Shown: positions 27,400 through 34,841, numbered from the stretch's first letter. The stretch is DNA of 64,000 nucleotides from an uncultured Eubacteriales bacterium (GCA_902798825.1 CADBYI010000010.1:16518-80517); one strand, 5' to 3'. Program-made: numbers and translations. Notes: generated from the sequence alone by a model not told the origin.

Positions 27400-29618
27400 A
27401 AAAGTTCCCCTATCTGACCTTCTTCTCCACCTGGCTGCTGGTCTTCTGCGGCACGCTGGGCGCGCCCCTGTGCGTGGTCACGGCCTATGATCTGCCCCAC
27501 CATCTGGGGACCATGATCCTGGCCGCCGCCCTCATCAGCGGGTTCATGACGCTGCTGTTCACCATGCCCGAGCTGGGGGTGTATATGCTGATCCCCTTCG
27601 GCGTCACGGTGCTGCTGGTCAGCGTCTTCCGCTGGAAAAAGCTCTATAGCGGCGCGGCGGTGGCCATCCGCACCATCCAAAGCGTGCTCTCCCGGACCCT
27701 GGCCTTCATCCCCGACCCCGGAAATCTTCCGGCGGGGACGGAGAACTATGCCTATTTCATCGGCTTTTTCGTGGGCGCGGTCATGGTGGCCATGGCCCTG
27801 CTCATCAGCTGGGGCCTGGTGTCCGGGGAATCCATGTTTCTGCCTTTTTTGGTGCCCCTGCCCCTGGTGGCCCTGTCCCTCATCTACACGGATATGCCCC
27901 CCGCCGGCTGGGCGGGGGTGCTGGTGTGCCTCTATTACGGCGGCGTGCTGTTCACCGGCGGGCTTCGGCTCCATCAGGGAGGCGGCATCGGCAGGGTCAC
28001 CCTGCTGGCCCTGGCGGCGCTGCTGCTGACCATCGGCTTGCTGGTGAAGCTGCTGCCCCGGTCCGAATTCGAGCCCATGTCCACCCAGGAGCGGGTGGAG
28101 CAGGTCATGCGCCAGGTGGCCAGCGCCTGGGAACGGATGAGCCGGCTCATGGACCGGGACATTCGGGAGCGGGAGGATTTGAGCCGGGAGGGTGAGCTCA
28201 AATCCACCGGCGAGCACATCATGGACGTGAAGACAACCCAGGCCGGCCGGCTGTACCTGCGGGGCACCTCCTACGGTCAGTACGACGGCCGGTATTGGAC
28301 CATCGCCGGCGAGTATCCCCAGGGGGAATCCCTGTTCACCCTGGGCGGCTCCCTGCCCGATCCCAAGGAGCGGGTGGACGTGCGCGGCGCAGATACCTCC
28401 CTGATCTACACCCCCTATGCCCTGGTCAAGGGCGGGATCGATGGCCAGGTCCGAGAGAACTATATCGTTGCCGACAGGGCCCTTTCCGCCTACAGCTGGA
28501 ACGTCCGGTCCGTGCCCGCCCGGCTGACGCCCCGGCTGGGAAACGAGGCGGAGCAGGCCTACGCCGCCTGGGCCAAGCGGACCTATGTGACCTTGAGCCG
28601 GGCGAAGCGGGAGGCGTTCCTGGCGTTTTTGAGCCCCTATGAGCTGCCGGGCACCGACGACCCCTACGCCCTGGCCCAGGCTATGGCGGCCCTCATCCGG
28701 GGCAACGCGGAGTACGATCTGGAACCGGGGGACACCCCCAGGGATCAGGACTTCGCCCTGTACTTTTTGACGGTGCGCAAGCGGGGCTACTGCGTCCACT
28801 ACGCCAGCGCCCTCACCGCCCTGCTGCAGGCGAAGGGGGTCCCGGCCAGGTTCGTGGTGGGGTATGTGCTCATGGTGGACCAGGCGGACACCTGGGTGGA
28901 GGTCACGGACAAAAACGCCCACGCCTGGACCGAGGTCTATGTGGACGGCTGGGGCTGGCTGCCCGTGGAGGCCACCGGTGGGGACGATCCCCGGCTCGAT
29001 ATGCCCGCCCCGGAGGCGGATGACCCCGGCGAGGAGCCGGATCAGGCCACCCCGGAGCCCAGCGGGGAACCGGAGGACACGGCGGAGCCGGAGGATACCC
29101 CCGAGCCCACGCCGGAGCCCACCCCGGAACCGACCCCCGAGCCCACCCCCGAACCCACGCCGGAGATACAGGTGACCACGCCCACGCCGGAGAGCTCCGA
29201 CAGCGGCACGGCCACCCCCACCCCCGAAACGTCCCCGGCGCCGGACCCGGAGGGGGGCAACCGGCGATCCTTCGTCCTTTGGCTGCTGTGGCTGTTGCTG
29301 CTGCCGGTCCTGATCTTCCTCTATATCCGGCTGCGGCGTCGGATCGTGAGAAGCCGCATGGAGCGGATGCTCCGGGGCGACGGCAAACAGGCCGTGCTCT
29401 ACGGCTATGGGGAGCTGCAAAAGCTCGTGCGCCACGGGGCAGACGCCAATGCCCAGGCCCGGGCCCTGGCGGACGAGGCCGCCTTCTCCGACCACGCGTT
29501 GGGGGAAGAGGAGAAGCGCGCCATGGCCGGATACGTCCGGGCGGCTCGGCGGGAGCTGGAGGGGAAGCTGCCCTGGTATACGCTGTGGTATTTGAGATAC
29601 CTGCTGTGGCTGTGGTGA
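27396..29618 (+). CDS. Transglutaminase-like polytopic membrane protein with PEPT-rich segment
   Basis: ATGA overlap with the upstream gene. About 6 N-terminal TM helices. Core RGYCVHYASAL...GVPARFVVGY...HAWTEVYVDGWGWLPVEAT (Cys-His of the transglutaminase core). C-terminal TM. Confidence 0.85.
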   Translation: MKKFPYLTFFSTWLLVFCGTLGAPLCVVTAYDLPHHLGTMILAAALISGFMTLLFTMPELGVYMLIPFGVTVLLVSVFRWKKLYSGAAVAIRTIQSVLSRTLAFIPDPGNLPAGTENYAYFIGFFVGAVMVAMALLISWGLVSGESMFLPFLVPLPLVALSLIYTDMPPAGWAGVLVCLYYGGVLFTGGLRLHQGGGIGRVTLLALAALLLTIGLLVKLLPRSEFEPMSTQERVEQVMRQVASAWERMSRLMDRDIREREDLSREGELKSTGEHIMDVKTTQAGRLYLRGTSYGQYDGRYWTIAGEYPQGESLFTLGGSLPDPKERVDVRGADTSLIYTPYALVKGGIDGQVRENYIVADRALSAYSWNVRSVPARLTPRLGNEAEQAYAAWAKRTYVTLSRAKREAFLAFLSPYELPGTDDPYALAQAMAALIRGNAEYDLEPGDTPRDQDFALYFLTVRKRGYCVHYASALTALLQAKGVPARFVVGYVLMVDQADTWVEVTDKNAHAWTEVYVDGWGWLPVEATGGDDPRLDMPAPEADDPGEEPDQATPEPSGEPEDTAEPEDTPEPTPEPTPEPTPEPTPEPTPEIQVTTPTPESSDSGTATPTPETSPAPDPEGGNRRSFVLWLLWLLLLPVLIFLYIRLRRRIVRSRMERMLRGDGKQAVLYGYGELQKLVRHGADANAQARALADEAAFSDHALGEEEKRAMAGYVRAARRELEGKLPWYTLWYLRYLLWLW
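29099..29166 (+). repeat. 12-bp tandem repeat encoding (PEPT)n
   Basis: ccN gaR ccN acN units, 5-6 copies, in frame in the transglutaminase-like gene. Confidence 0.85.
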
Positions 29619-29632
29619 AACGGGAGGAAGCT

Positions 29633-30103
29633 ATGGATACTATGAACGAAGCCGCCCGGCGTCGGGAGAACCTGGCCCTGGCGGCGCTGGTCAAGACCTT
29701 CGGCGTCATATTGCTGGTGGCGGGCATGGTCGTTCTGCTGCTGGGGGCCTTTGCCTTCGACAGGGACCGAAGGAGCCGAAACGCCATGAGCAAAGCCATG
29801 GCCACGGTGACGGAGGAATACATCCACGGCGGGGCCTATTACATCACCTACGAAGCCGACGGCGCCACCCATGAGGCCCTCCTGGCATATGAGAAGGGGA
29901 ATCTGAACGCGGGGGATCGGGCGGAGATCCTGTACGATCCCCTGGAGTACGGCAACGTGCGCACGGACGCCCCGGCGTCCACGCCCATCAAGATCGTGGC
30001 GGGCGGGGTCCTGGGCTTGGCCACAGGGGGCCTCTTCCTGTTCCTCCAGGCGTTCCTCAAGCGCAGGCTGGACAATCCCTGGCATGACGAGAGCCAATCC
30101 TGA
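29633..30103 (+). CDS. DUF3592-like two-TM membrane protein
   Basis: ATG 29633 preceded by GGGAGG. 156 aa with TM, a ~90-aa beta-rich segment, then TM, the layout of DUF3592 proteins. Last gene of the MoxR cluster. Confidence 0.5.
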   Translation: MDTMNEAARRRENLALAALVKTFGVILLVAGMVVLLLGAFAFDRDRRSRNAMSKAMATVTEEYIHGGAYYITYEADGATHEALLAYEKGNLNAGDRAEILYDPLEYGNVRTDAPASTPIKIVAGGVLGLATGGLFLFLQAFLKRRLDNPWHDESQS

Positions 30104-30112
30104 ACAAACAAA

Positions 30113-30150
30113 AAGCCCGGTTCCAAGGGAAGGAGCCGGGCTTGTTTCTT
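30113..30150. terminator. Bidirectional intrinsic terminator
   Basis: aagcccggttcc-aagggaa-ggagccgggctt stem (one G-U), followed by gtttctt on +. Preceded by aaaaa, giving ttttt on the minus strand. Confidence 0.8.
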
Positions 30151-30205
30151 GCCGACAGCACGCAGAGGCTGGCTGCGTCAGAGGGGCAAGCAGGAGGCGG
30201 GAAGG

Positions 30206-30367
30206 TTAGATGGGGCCCAAACCGGACACGATCAGGGGGCAGCCGCTGCCGGTGTGGATGTAGTCACTGATCTGTGTGTTGAGCACGTCGATATCCAGCT
30301 CAAAGGTTTCATAGGCCGCCGCCTGGGGCAGCCGGGAACGGGATTCCGCTTTCAACCGTTTGTTCAT
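30206..30367 (-). CDS. Small protein or peptide of 53 aa, unknown function (absent from the ORF track)
   Basis: ATG 30367 to TAA 30206 encodes MNKRLKAESRSRLPQAAAYETFELDIDVLNTQISDYIHTGSGCPLIVSGLGPI. AAGGAG lies 6 nt upstream of the ATG. Third codon positions are mostly G/C, as in neighbouring genes. Has its own TTGACA-17-TATCCT promoter and a downstream terminator. Confidence 0.65.
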   Translation of the reverse strand: MNKRLKAESRSRLPQAAAYETFELDIDVLNTQISDYIHTGSGCPLIVSGLGPI

Positions 30368-30424
30368 GATGATCTCCTTTCCTGTGTCAAGCTTTGTATG
30401 GGACGTTTGTTCTTTTCTGGCTTC

Positions 30425-30453
30425 AGGATACAGCGGAAAGATATCGTTGTCAA
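30425..30453 (-). promoter_or_regulatory. Sigma-A-type promoter of the 53-codon gene
   Basis: Minus strand: TTGACA (30453-30448), 17-nt spacer, TATCCT (30430-25). Confidence 0.6.
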
Positions 30454-30475
30454 ACTGTTAATAGTTGTATATAAT
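30447..30475 (+). promoter_or_regulatory. Promoter of the LysR-family gene
   Basis: TTGTCA (30447-30452), 17-nt spacer, TATAAT (30470-30475). Its -35 overlaps the -35 of the divergent promoter on the other strand (shared ttgtcaa). Confidence 0.6.
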
Positions 30476-30492
30476 ACAAACAGAATTTGTAT
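30465..30492. promoter_or_regulatory. Two overlapping dyad symmetries, candidate LysR-type operator
   Basis: ttgtat-ata-atacaa (30465-30479) and atacaaa-cagaa-tttgtat (30474-30492). The ATAC/GTAT half-sites resemble LTTR boxes. Confidence 0.5.
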
Positions 30493-30506
30493 TTTGGGGG
30501 CGCAAC

Positions 30507-31436
30507 ATGAACTTTCAGAGCATACAATACTTTTTGCAGGTGGCGCGGCGGCGGAGCTTCTCCCAGGCGGCGGAGGAGCTGTTCATCACCCAGCAGACCC
30601 TGAGCGCCAGCATCGCCTCCCTGGAGAAGGAACTGGGCTGCCGGCTGTTCCTTCGCCACATCCCCCTGGAGCTGACCTACGGCGGGGAGCTGTTCTTGCA
30701 GTACGCCACCGCCTACTGGCAGGAGTACGAGCACATGAACCGGGATTTTGCCGAGCTCGGGGCGGGGGTCCGGGGGCGTCTTAGAGTGGGGGTGGCCAGC
30801 GTCCGCGGCCGGCTCCTGCTGCCCAAGGTCATCCATGCCTTTCATGAGCTTCATCCCCTGGTGGAGGTGGAGATGGTGGAGGGGAAGAACGACGCTCTGC
30901 TGGAGGCCCTGCTGGAGGGGGAGATCGACCTGGCTATCGCCGATTTTCCCGGGGCGAGCCGGGGCGTCGCCATGGAGCCCTATTACGAGGACGAGATCGT
31001 GCTGGCCCTGTCCAACGGGCTGCTGAAGGCTCACTTCGGGGACCGCATGGAGGAGCAGCGGGCGGCCCTCATGAAGACCCGGGACATCCGTCTGCTGGCG
31101 GACGTGCCCTTCCTCATGAGCAGCGCCCTGAGCGTGTCCGGCCGCATCGCCCGAAAGCTGATCCGCCAGGCCGCCATCCTGCCCACGATCAAGGCCACCT
31201 CCGGCAACATGGAGACCCTTATCGAGATGTGCCGCCTGGGGGAGGGGGCCTGCTTCTGTTCGGAAAAGCTGCTGACCTTCCTTCTGGACCGGGAGCAGTT
31301 GAAGACCATGACCGTCCTGCGTTTTCCCGACGGCGGGACCCGCCACACCGTCCAATTCGGCTGGCCGGAACAGGAGAAGGCGTGGGGCCTGCGCAGCGAT
31401 TTTGTTCGCCTGGCCAAGCGCGCGGAGACGGTATAG
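30507..31436 (+). CDS. LysR-family transcriptional regulator
   Basis: MNFQSIQYFLQVARRRSFSQAAEELFITQQTLSASIASLEKELGCRLF is a canonical LTTR wHTH. 309 aa. GGGGG lies 6 nt upstream of the ATG. Confidence 0.9.
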   Translation: MNFQSIQYFLQVARRRSFSQAAEELFITQQTLSASIASLEKELGCRLFLRHIPLELTYGGELFLQYATAYWQEYEHMNRDFAELGAGVRGRLRVGVASVRGRLLLPKVIHAFHELHPLVEVEMVEGKNDALLEALLEGEIDLAIADFPGASRGVAMEPYYEDEIVLALSNGLLKAHFGDRMEEQRAALMKTRDIRLLADVPFLMSSALSVSGRIARKLIRQAAILPTIKATSGNMETLIEMCRLGEGACFCSEKLLTFLLDREQLKTMTVLRFPDGGTRHTVQFGWPEQEKAWGLRSDFVRLAKRAETV

Positions 31437-31457
31437 CCAAGACCGTCCCCTTTTTTT
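31424..31457 (+). terminator. Weak intrinsic terminator after the LysR gene
   Basis: Short stem gacggt/accgtc with flanking G-C pairs, followed by a 7-T run (31451-31457). The stop codon sits in the loop. Confidence 0.5.
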
Positions 31458-31519
31458 GCAATCTTTCGATGCCCTCCCGTGTCCTATTGGCAGAAACGCG
31501 TTTCAAGAAAGGAAACAAC

Positions 31520-31957
31520 ATGACGGAAGGACCGAACACACACGACGTGACCACCCGGGAGGGGTTTGCGACGGCGGCGGCGCCCCTGGAGCGGCTGCTG
31601 CTCTCCGTAAGCTATGGGGTGCTCCACAGCTGGGATCTGGCGGCGGACGCGGTGCAATCCGCCCTGCTCAAGGGCTGGCGCTATCGCCACAGCGTGAAGG
31701 ACGTGGACAGCTTCAAGCCCTGGCTGGTGAGGATCGCCATCAACGAGAGCAAGAACATGATGCGCCGCGGCTTCACCGTGGAGCTGGTGTACGCCCTGCC
31801 CGAAAAGTACCGGCTGCCGGTGATCCTGTTCTACTTTGAGGACATGGCTGTGGCTGACATCGCCAAGGCTCTGGACATTCCCCAGGGCACCGTGATCTCC
31901 CACCTCCACCGGGGGCGGGCGCGCTTGAGAGAGGAGCTGAAAGATTATTATGAATAA
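31520..31957 (+). CDS. Compact ECF-type sigma-70 family factor (145 aa)
   Basis: Region 2: DLAADAVQSALLKGW....DSFKPWLVRIAINESKNMMRR. Region 4: LPEKYRLPVILFYFEDMAVADIAKALDIPQGTVISHLHRGRARL. Only about 8 residues link them. Confidence 0.8.
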   Translation: MTEGPNTHDVTTREGFATAAAPLERLLLSVSYGVLHSWDLAADAVQSALLKGWRYRHSVKDVDSFKPWLVRIAINESKNMMRRGFTVELVYALPEKYRLPVILFYFEDMAVADIAKALDIPQGTVISHLHRGRARLREELKDYYE

Positions 31958-33371
31958 TACGGAAGATATCAAGAGAATGGAACAGGAACTCAGGGATGAC
32001 CCCCTGTTCGATCTGCTGCGGGACAACCGGCCCCAGCCCACCCGGGAGAGCCGGGAGCGGGTGCGGCGGACCCTGGACAGGATAGAGACCTCGCCCCTTG
32101 CGCGGCTGGGTGTCTTCGCCCGGCGGACCCCCGTGGGCTTTGCGGCGGCCTGCGTGGCCATCGTACTGCTGGTGACCGGTACGGCCTACGCCGTGGCGGG
32201 CTGGCTCCACCGGGACGACTACAAGCCCGGGGACTATCTGGACACGCCCCCGGAGCAGCGGACCGAAGCTTCGGCCATCCCCGAGGTGGAGCAGGTGGTG
32301 CAAAACGCCGCGCCTAAGTCCGAGGGCGTTCGGGTGGTCATGCTGCCCGAGATGGCCGACGCCGACACCCTGAACCAGTGGCGGGTGAAGATGGGCCAGC
32401 CGAAATATGATGAGGCGGCCTGGGCCTGGGTCCGGGACATTCGGCCCGAAATACAGGAGGTCCTGTACGACGGCACCACCTTTGCCTACACCATCCGGCT
32501 TAACACAGATCACGCCGCCGCCTTCTCCCAGGAGAACCATGGGGACCAGTGGCTGGACGCCTGCGTGGAGCAGACCCTGTACACGAGCACAGGGGAGGAG
32601 ATCGCCACCGTCACCGGGGAGACCGGCCTGCAGGAGGAGACTTTGACGGAGAATGGCATCACGCTCCACAGCGAGTATAGCCTGGATGGGCCCCTCGTTG
32701 GCAGCGGGCGAGTCAGTTTCACCGCCGAGATCAGCGTCCAGGACGTGAACGTGGACGACATGGCCCACGTTGGCCTGCTGGGGACCATCTACTACACCTT
32801 CTCCTTTGATGTAGACGGGGCCCTGGCCGCCACCAATGCGAACACAAAAATCACCGAGCGCCGCCTCTCGGGCAACGCCGTGCTCACCATGGATTACGAC
32901 ACCATGTGGAATCAGCCCGTGAACCTGGATGGGGTGGTGCTGGAGGAGACCGCCAGCTTCCGCAGCACCGGCGTCTACCTGAGCTACCGGGTGAAGGAAG
33001 CGCCTGCGGATTGGACGGCCCAGATGCGGCGCAGCCTCCTTGACCCCACCAACGAGAAGGGCAAGTTCGAGGGCATGTCCGTGAGCTACACCCTGGGCGG
33101 GGACGACACCGTCTATGAACCCAGCTTCCCGGAGGTGGTGGCCCAGGAGGACGGCACCTGGGCCTACACGGTGATATTGCCCCTCTTCCCCTCGGACTAT
33201 GAGGCTCTGAAGCAAAAAGGCGTCACCATCCGGCTGACCCTCCACACCGTGGATTCCTTCGATGGGGAACCCGTGGGGGAGGACTGGAAACAAACCACCT
33301 TCCCGGAGAACGGCTGGGATATCACCACCAGCGCCAAGCCCCTTCTCTCCTTCCCCCTGGAGATGCCGTAA
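31950..33371 (+). CDS. Putative anti-sigma factor: single-pass membrane protein with ~385-aa extracytoplasmic domain
   Basis: 8-nt overlap with the sigma gene. Cytoplasmic ~70 aa, one TM (GFAAACVAIVLLVTGTAYAVAGW), then a large domain with no motif I recognise. The call rests on context. Confidence 0.5.
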   Translation: MNNTEDIKRMEQELRDDPLFDLLRDNRPQPTRESRERVRRTLDRIETSPLARLGVFARRTPVGFAAACVAIVLLVTGTAYAVAGWLHRDDYKPGDYLDTPPEQRTEASAIPEVEQVVQNAAPKSEGVRVVMLPEMADADTLNQWRVKMGQPKYDEAAWAWVRDIRPEIQEVLYDGTTFAYTIRLNTDHAAAFSQENHGDQWLDACVEQTLYTSTGEEIATVTGETGLQEETLTENGITLHSEYSLDGPLVGSGRVSFTAEISVQDVNVDDMAHVGLLGTIYYTFSFDVDGALAATNANTKITERRLSGNAVLTMDYDTMWNQPVNLDGVVLEETASFRSTGVYLSYRVKEAPADWTAQMRRSLLDPTNEKGKFEGMSVSYTLGGDDTVYEPSFPEVVAQEDGTWAYTVILPLFPSDYEALKQKGVTIRLTLHTVDSFDGEPVGEDWKQTTFPENGWDITTSAKPLLSFPLEMP

Positions 33372-33446
33372 GGGAAGGTCGACAGGGAGAAATCCTTGTG
33401 ATATCATAATGGAGAATATTGTCCTGCCTCTCTTAGACCAATGCCG

Positions 33447-33528
33447 TTCAGAGGTCCTTCGCTACGCTCAGGATGACAATGGGGAGGGACCTAAAAACTG
33501 TCAATCCTGAGCGAGGGCCGAACACCTG
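33447..33528. repeat. REP-like palindromic element, upstream copy (degenerate second arm)
   Basis: ttcagaggtccttcgctacgctcaggatgacaat (33447-33480) with a degenerate partner tgtcaatcctgagcgagggccgaacacctg (33499-33528). A third partial arm cgaaggatctctgaacgcaatacc ends at 33610. Confidence 0.75.
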
Positions 33529-33627
33529 AAAAAGACTGCTGTGCGGCCTTTTCAGAGAGGCCGGGCGAAGCGTCAGCGACCGAGTCGAAGGATCTCTGAA
33601 CGCAATACCTTTCACAGGAGCTGTCTC

Positions 33628-33933
33628 ATGTATTACGTCTACATCCTGACCAACAAGACCAACACCACCGTGTACATCGGCGTGACCAATGACCTCCTGC
33701 GGCGGCTGCAGGAGCATCGAAACGATCTTGTTGACGGCTTTACAAAAAGGTATCACGTCCACAAGCTGGTGTACTTTGAATCCACCACGGACGCCCAGGC
33801 CGCCATCGCCCGGGAAAGGCAGCTGAAGGGCTGGCGGCGGGCCAGGAAGGATGAGCTGATAGAAAGGACTAATCCTGCGTGGATCGACTTGGCAGCGGAT
33901 TGGTTCACCGCGGGTCCGATACCGCGTTCGTGA
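33628..33933 (+). CDS. GIY-YIG nuclease family protein (UPF0213-type)
   Basis: AGGAG 7 nt before the ATG. MYYVYILTNKTNTTVYIGVTNDLLRRLQEH...KLVY.E......AI.RE.QLKGW.R.KK is the GIY-YIG signature. 101 aa. Confidence 0.9.
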   Translation: MYYVYILTNKTNTTVYIGVTNDLLRRLQEHRNDLVDGFTKRYHVHKLVYFESTTDAQAAIARERQLKGWRRARKDELIERTNPAWIDLAADWFTAGPIPRS

Positions 33934-33957
33934 AGCGGCTCCTATGAGCCGACACGG

Positions 33958-34071
33958 TTCAGAGATCCTTCGCCTGCGGCTCAGGATGACAAAGAGGGGG
34001 TATGTGGAGTGTTACAAGACGGAGGTCGTCAAAAAAACTTGTCATCCTGAGCGCAGCGAAGGACCTCTGAA
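33958..34071. repeat. REP-like palindromic element, downstream copy (intact inverted repeat)
   Basis: ttcagagatccttcgcctgcggctcaggatgacaa (33958-33992) and ttgtcatcctgagcgcagcgaaggacctctgaa (34039-34071) are ~33-nt inverted arms with about 4 mismatches, separated by 46 nt. Confidence 0.85.
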
Positions 34072-34118
34072 CGCAATAGCTTATACGCAGACCGCTGGCT
34101 CTCCCGACTATACAGAAA

Positions 34119-34141
34119 AAGCCTCCCCGCCGGGAGGCTTT
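34119..34141 (-). terminator. Intrinsic terminator of iorB
   Basis: gcctccc-cgcc-gggaggc stem. The minus strand reads stem then tttttctg. Lies 15 nt after the iorB stop. Confidence 0.75.
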
Positions 34142-34155
34142 CGTGTGCTTTGGGG

Positions 34156-34725
34156 TCAGGATTCCCGGCCCAGCCGGAAGGCTTTTTTGTTGAGCTCCAG
34201 GAACTTGGGGGGCACGGTGGTCTCGAGGGACTGCTGCCAAACCTCCTCGGGCAGGTCCATGGCCTTGGACAGGACGCCGGTGAGCACCACGTTCACGGCC
34301 TTGGGGCTGCCCGCCTGCTCGGCCAGAGAGAGGGCGTCCACGGCGATCACGTTGGCCTTCGCCTTGAGCTCGTCCAGGACGTTCTCGGGATAGGCCATCT
34401 GCCCGGTGATGACGGGCATGGGCAAAATGTGCTGGGTGTTGGTGATGATGGTGCCGCCCTTCTTGAGGTAGGGCAGGAACCTTCCCGCCTCCAGGGCCTC
34501 GAAGGACAGGATGTAGTCCGCCTCGCCCAGGTCGATGAGGGGGGAGTGGACGGTGTCCCCGTACTTCACATAGGTCACCACGGAGCCGCCCCGCTGGGAC
34601 ATGCCGTGGACCTCGCTCAGCTTCACGTCCGCGCCTGTGGAGATGAGGGCGTTGCCGATGAGACGGGAGGCAAGCAACGTGCCTTGGCCGCCTACGCCTA
34701 CGATCATAATGGATTTCGTTTCCAT
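34156..34725 (-). CDS. iorB: Indolepyruvate:ferredoxin oxidoreductase subunit beta
   Basis: 189 aa. METKSIMIVGVGGQGTLLASRL...GMSQRGGSV pattern of the POR-gamma-like IorB. The track start at 34980 runs into iorA. Confidence 0.8.
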   Translation of the reverse strand: METKSIMIVGVGGQGTLLASRLIGNALISTGADVKLSEVHGMSQRGGSVVTYVKYGDTVHSPLIDLGEADYILSFEALEAGRFLPYLKKGGTIITNTQHILPMPVITGQMAYPENVLDELKAKANVIAVDALSLAEQAGSPKAVNVVLTGVLSKAMDLPEEVWQQSLETTVPPKFLELNKKAFRLGRES

Positions 34726-34841
34726 AGTGTTTTCTTCCTTTTCGGTAGTTTTGCCGGTTTCGCCCGCGAAATTGCCGCGCCGGTCCGCGGCAAAGGCACA
34801 AACTACGTGTGTGAAAAACCTGTTTTTCACACGACTCCTAC

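Noticed and set aside
30206-30367. Reading the 53-aa peptide as a lasso peptide or as a double-glycine-leader bacteriocin
   Set aside because: For a lasso reading, Thr39 fits the conserved -2 Thr only with the core starting at Ser41, and there is no Asp/Glu at core positions 7-9 to close a macrolactam. For a GG-type leader, positions -4, -7, -8 and -12 relative to GS/SG do not match the L-S-x-x-E-L-x-x-I-x-G-G consensus. No cognate B/C/PCAT genes are nearby. Only the looser FxLD similarity is retained.
33944-34393. 149-aa + ORF, plus 33448-33762 (minus) and 33262-33510 (+), running through the GIY-YIG flanks
   Set aside because: They are read-throughs of the REP-like palindromes (peptides such as …SEILRLRLRMTK… and …CHPERSEGPL…) and of the antisense strand of iorB. 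They have no start context.
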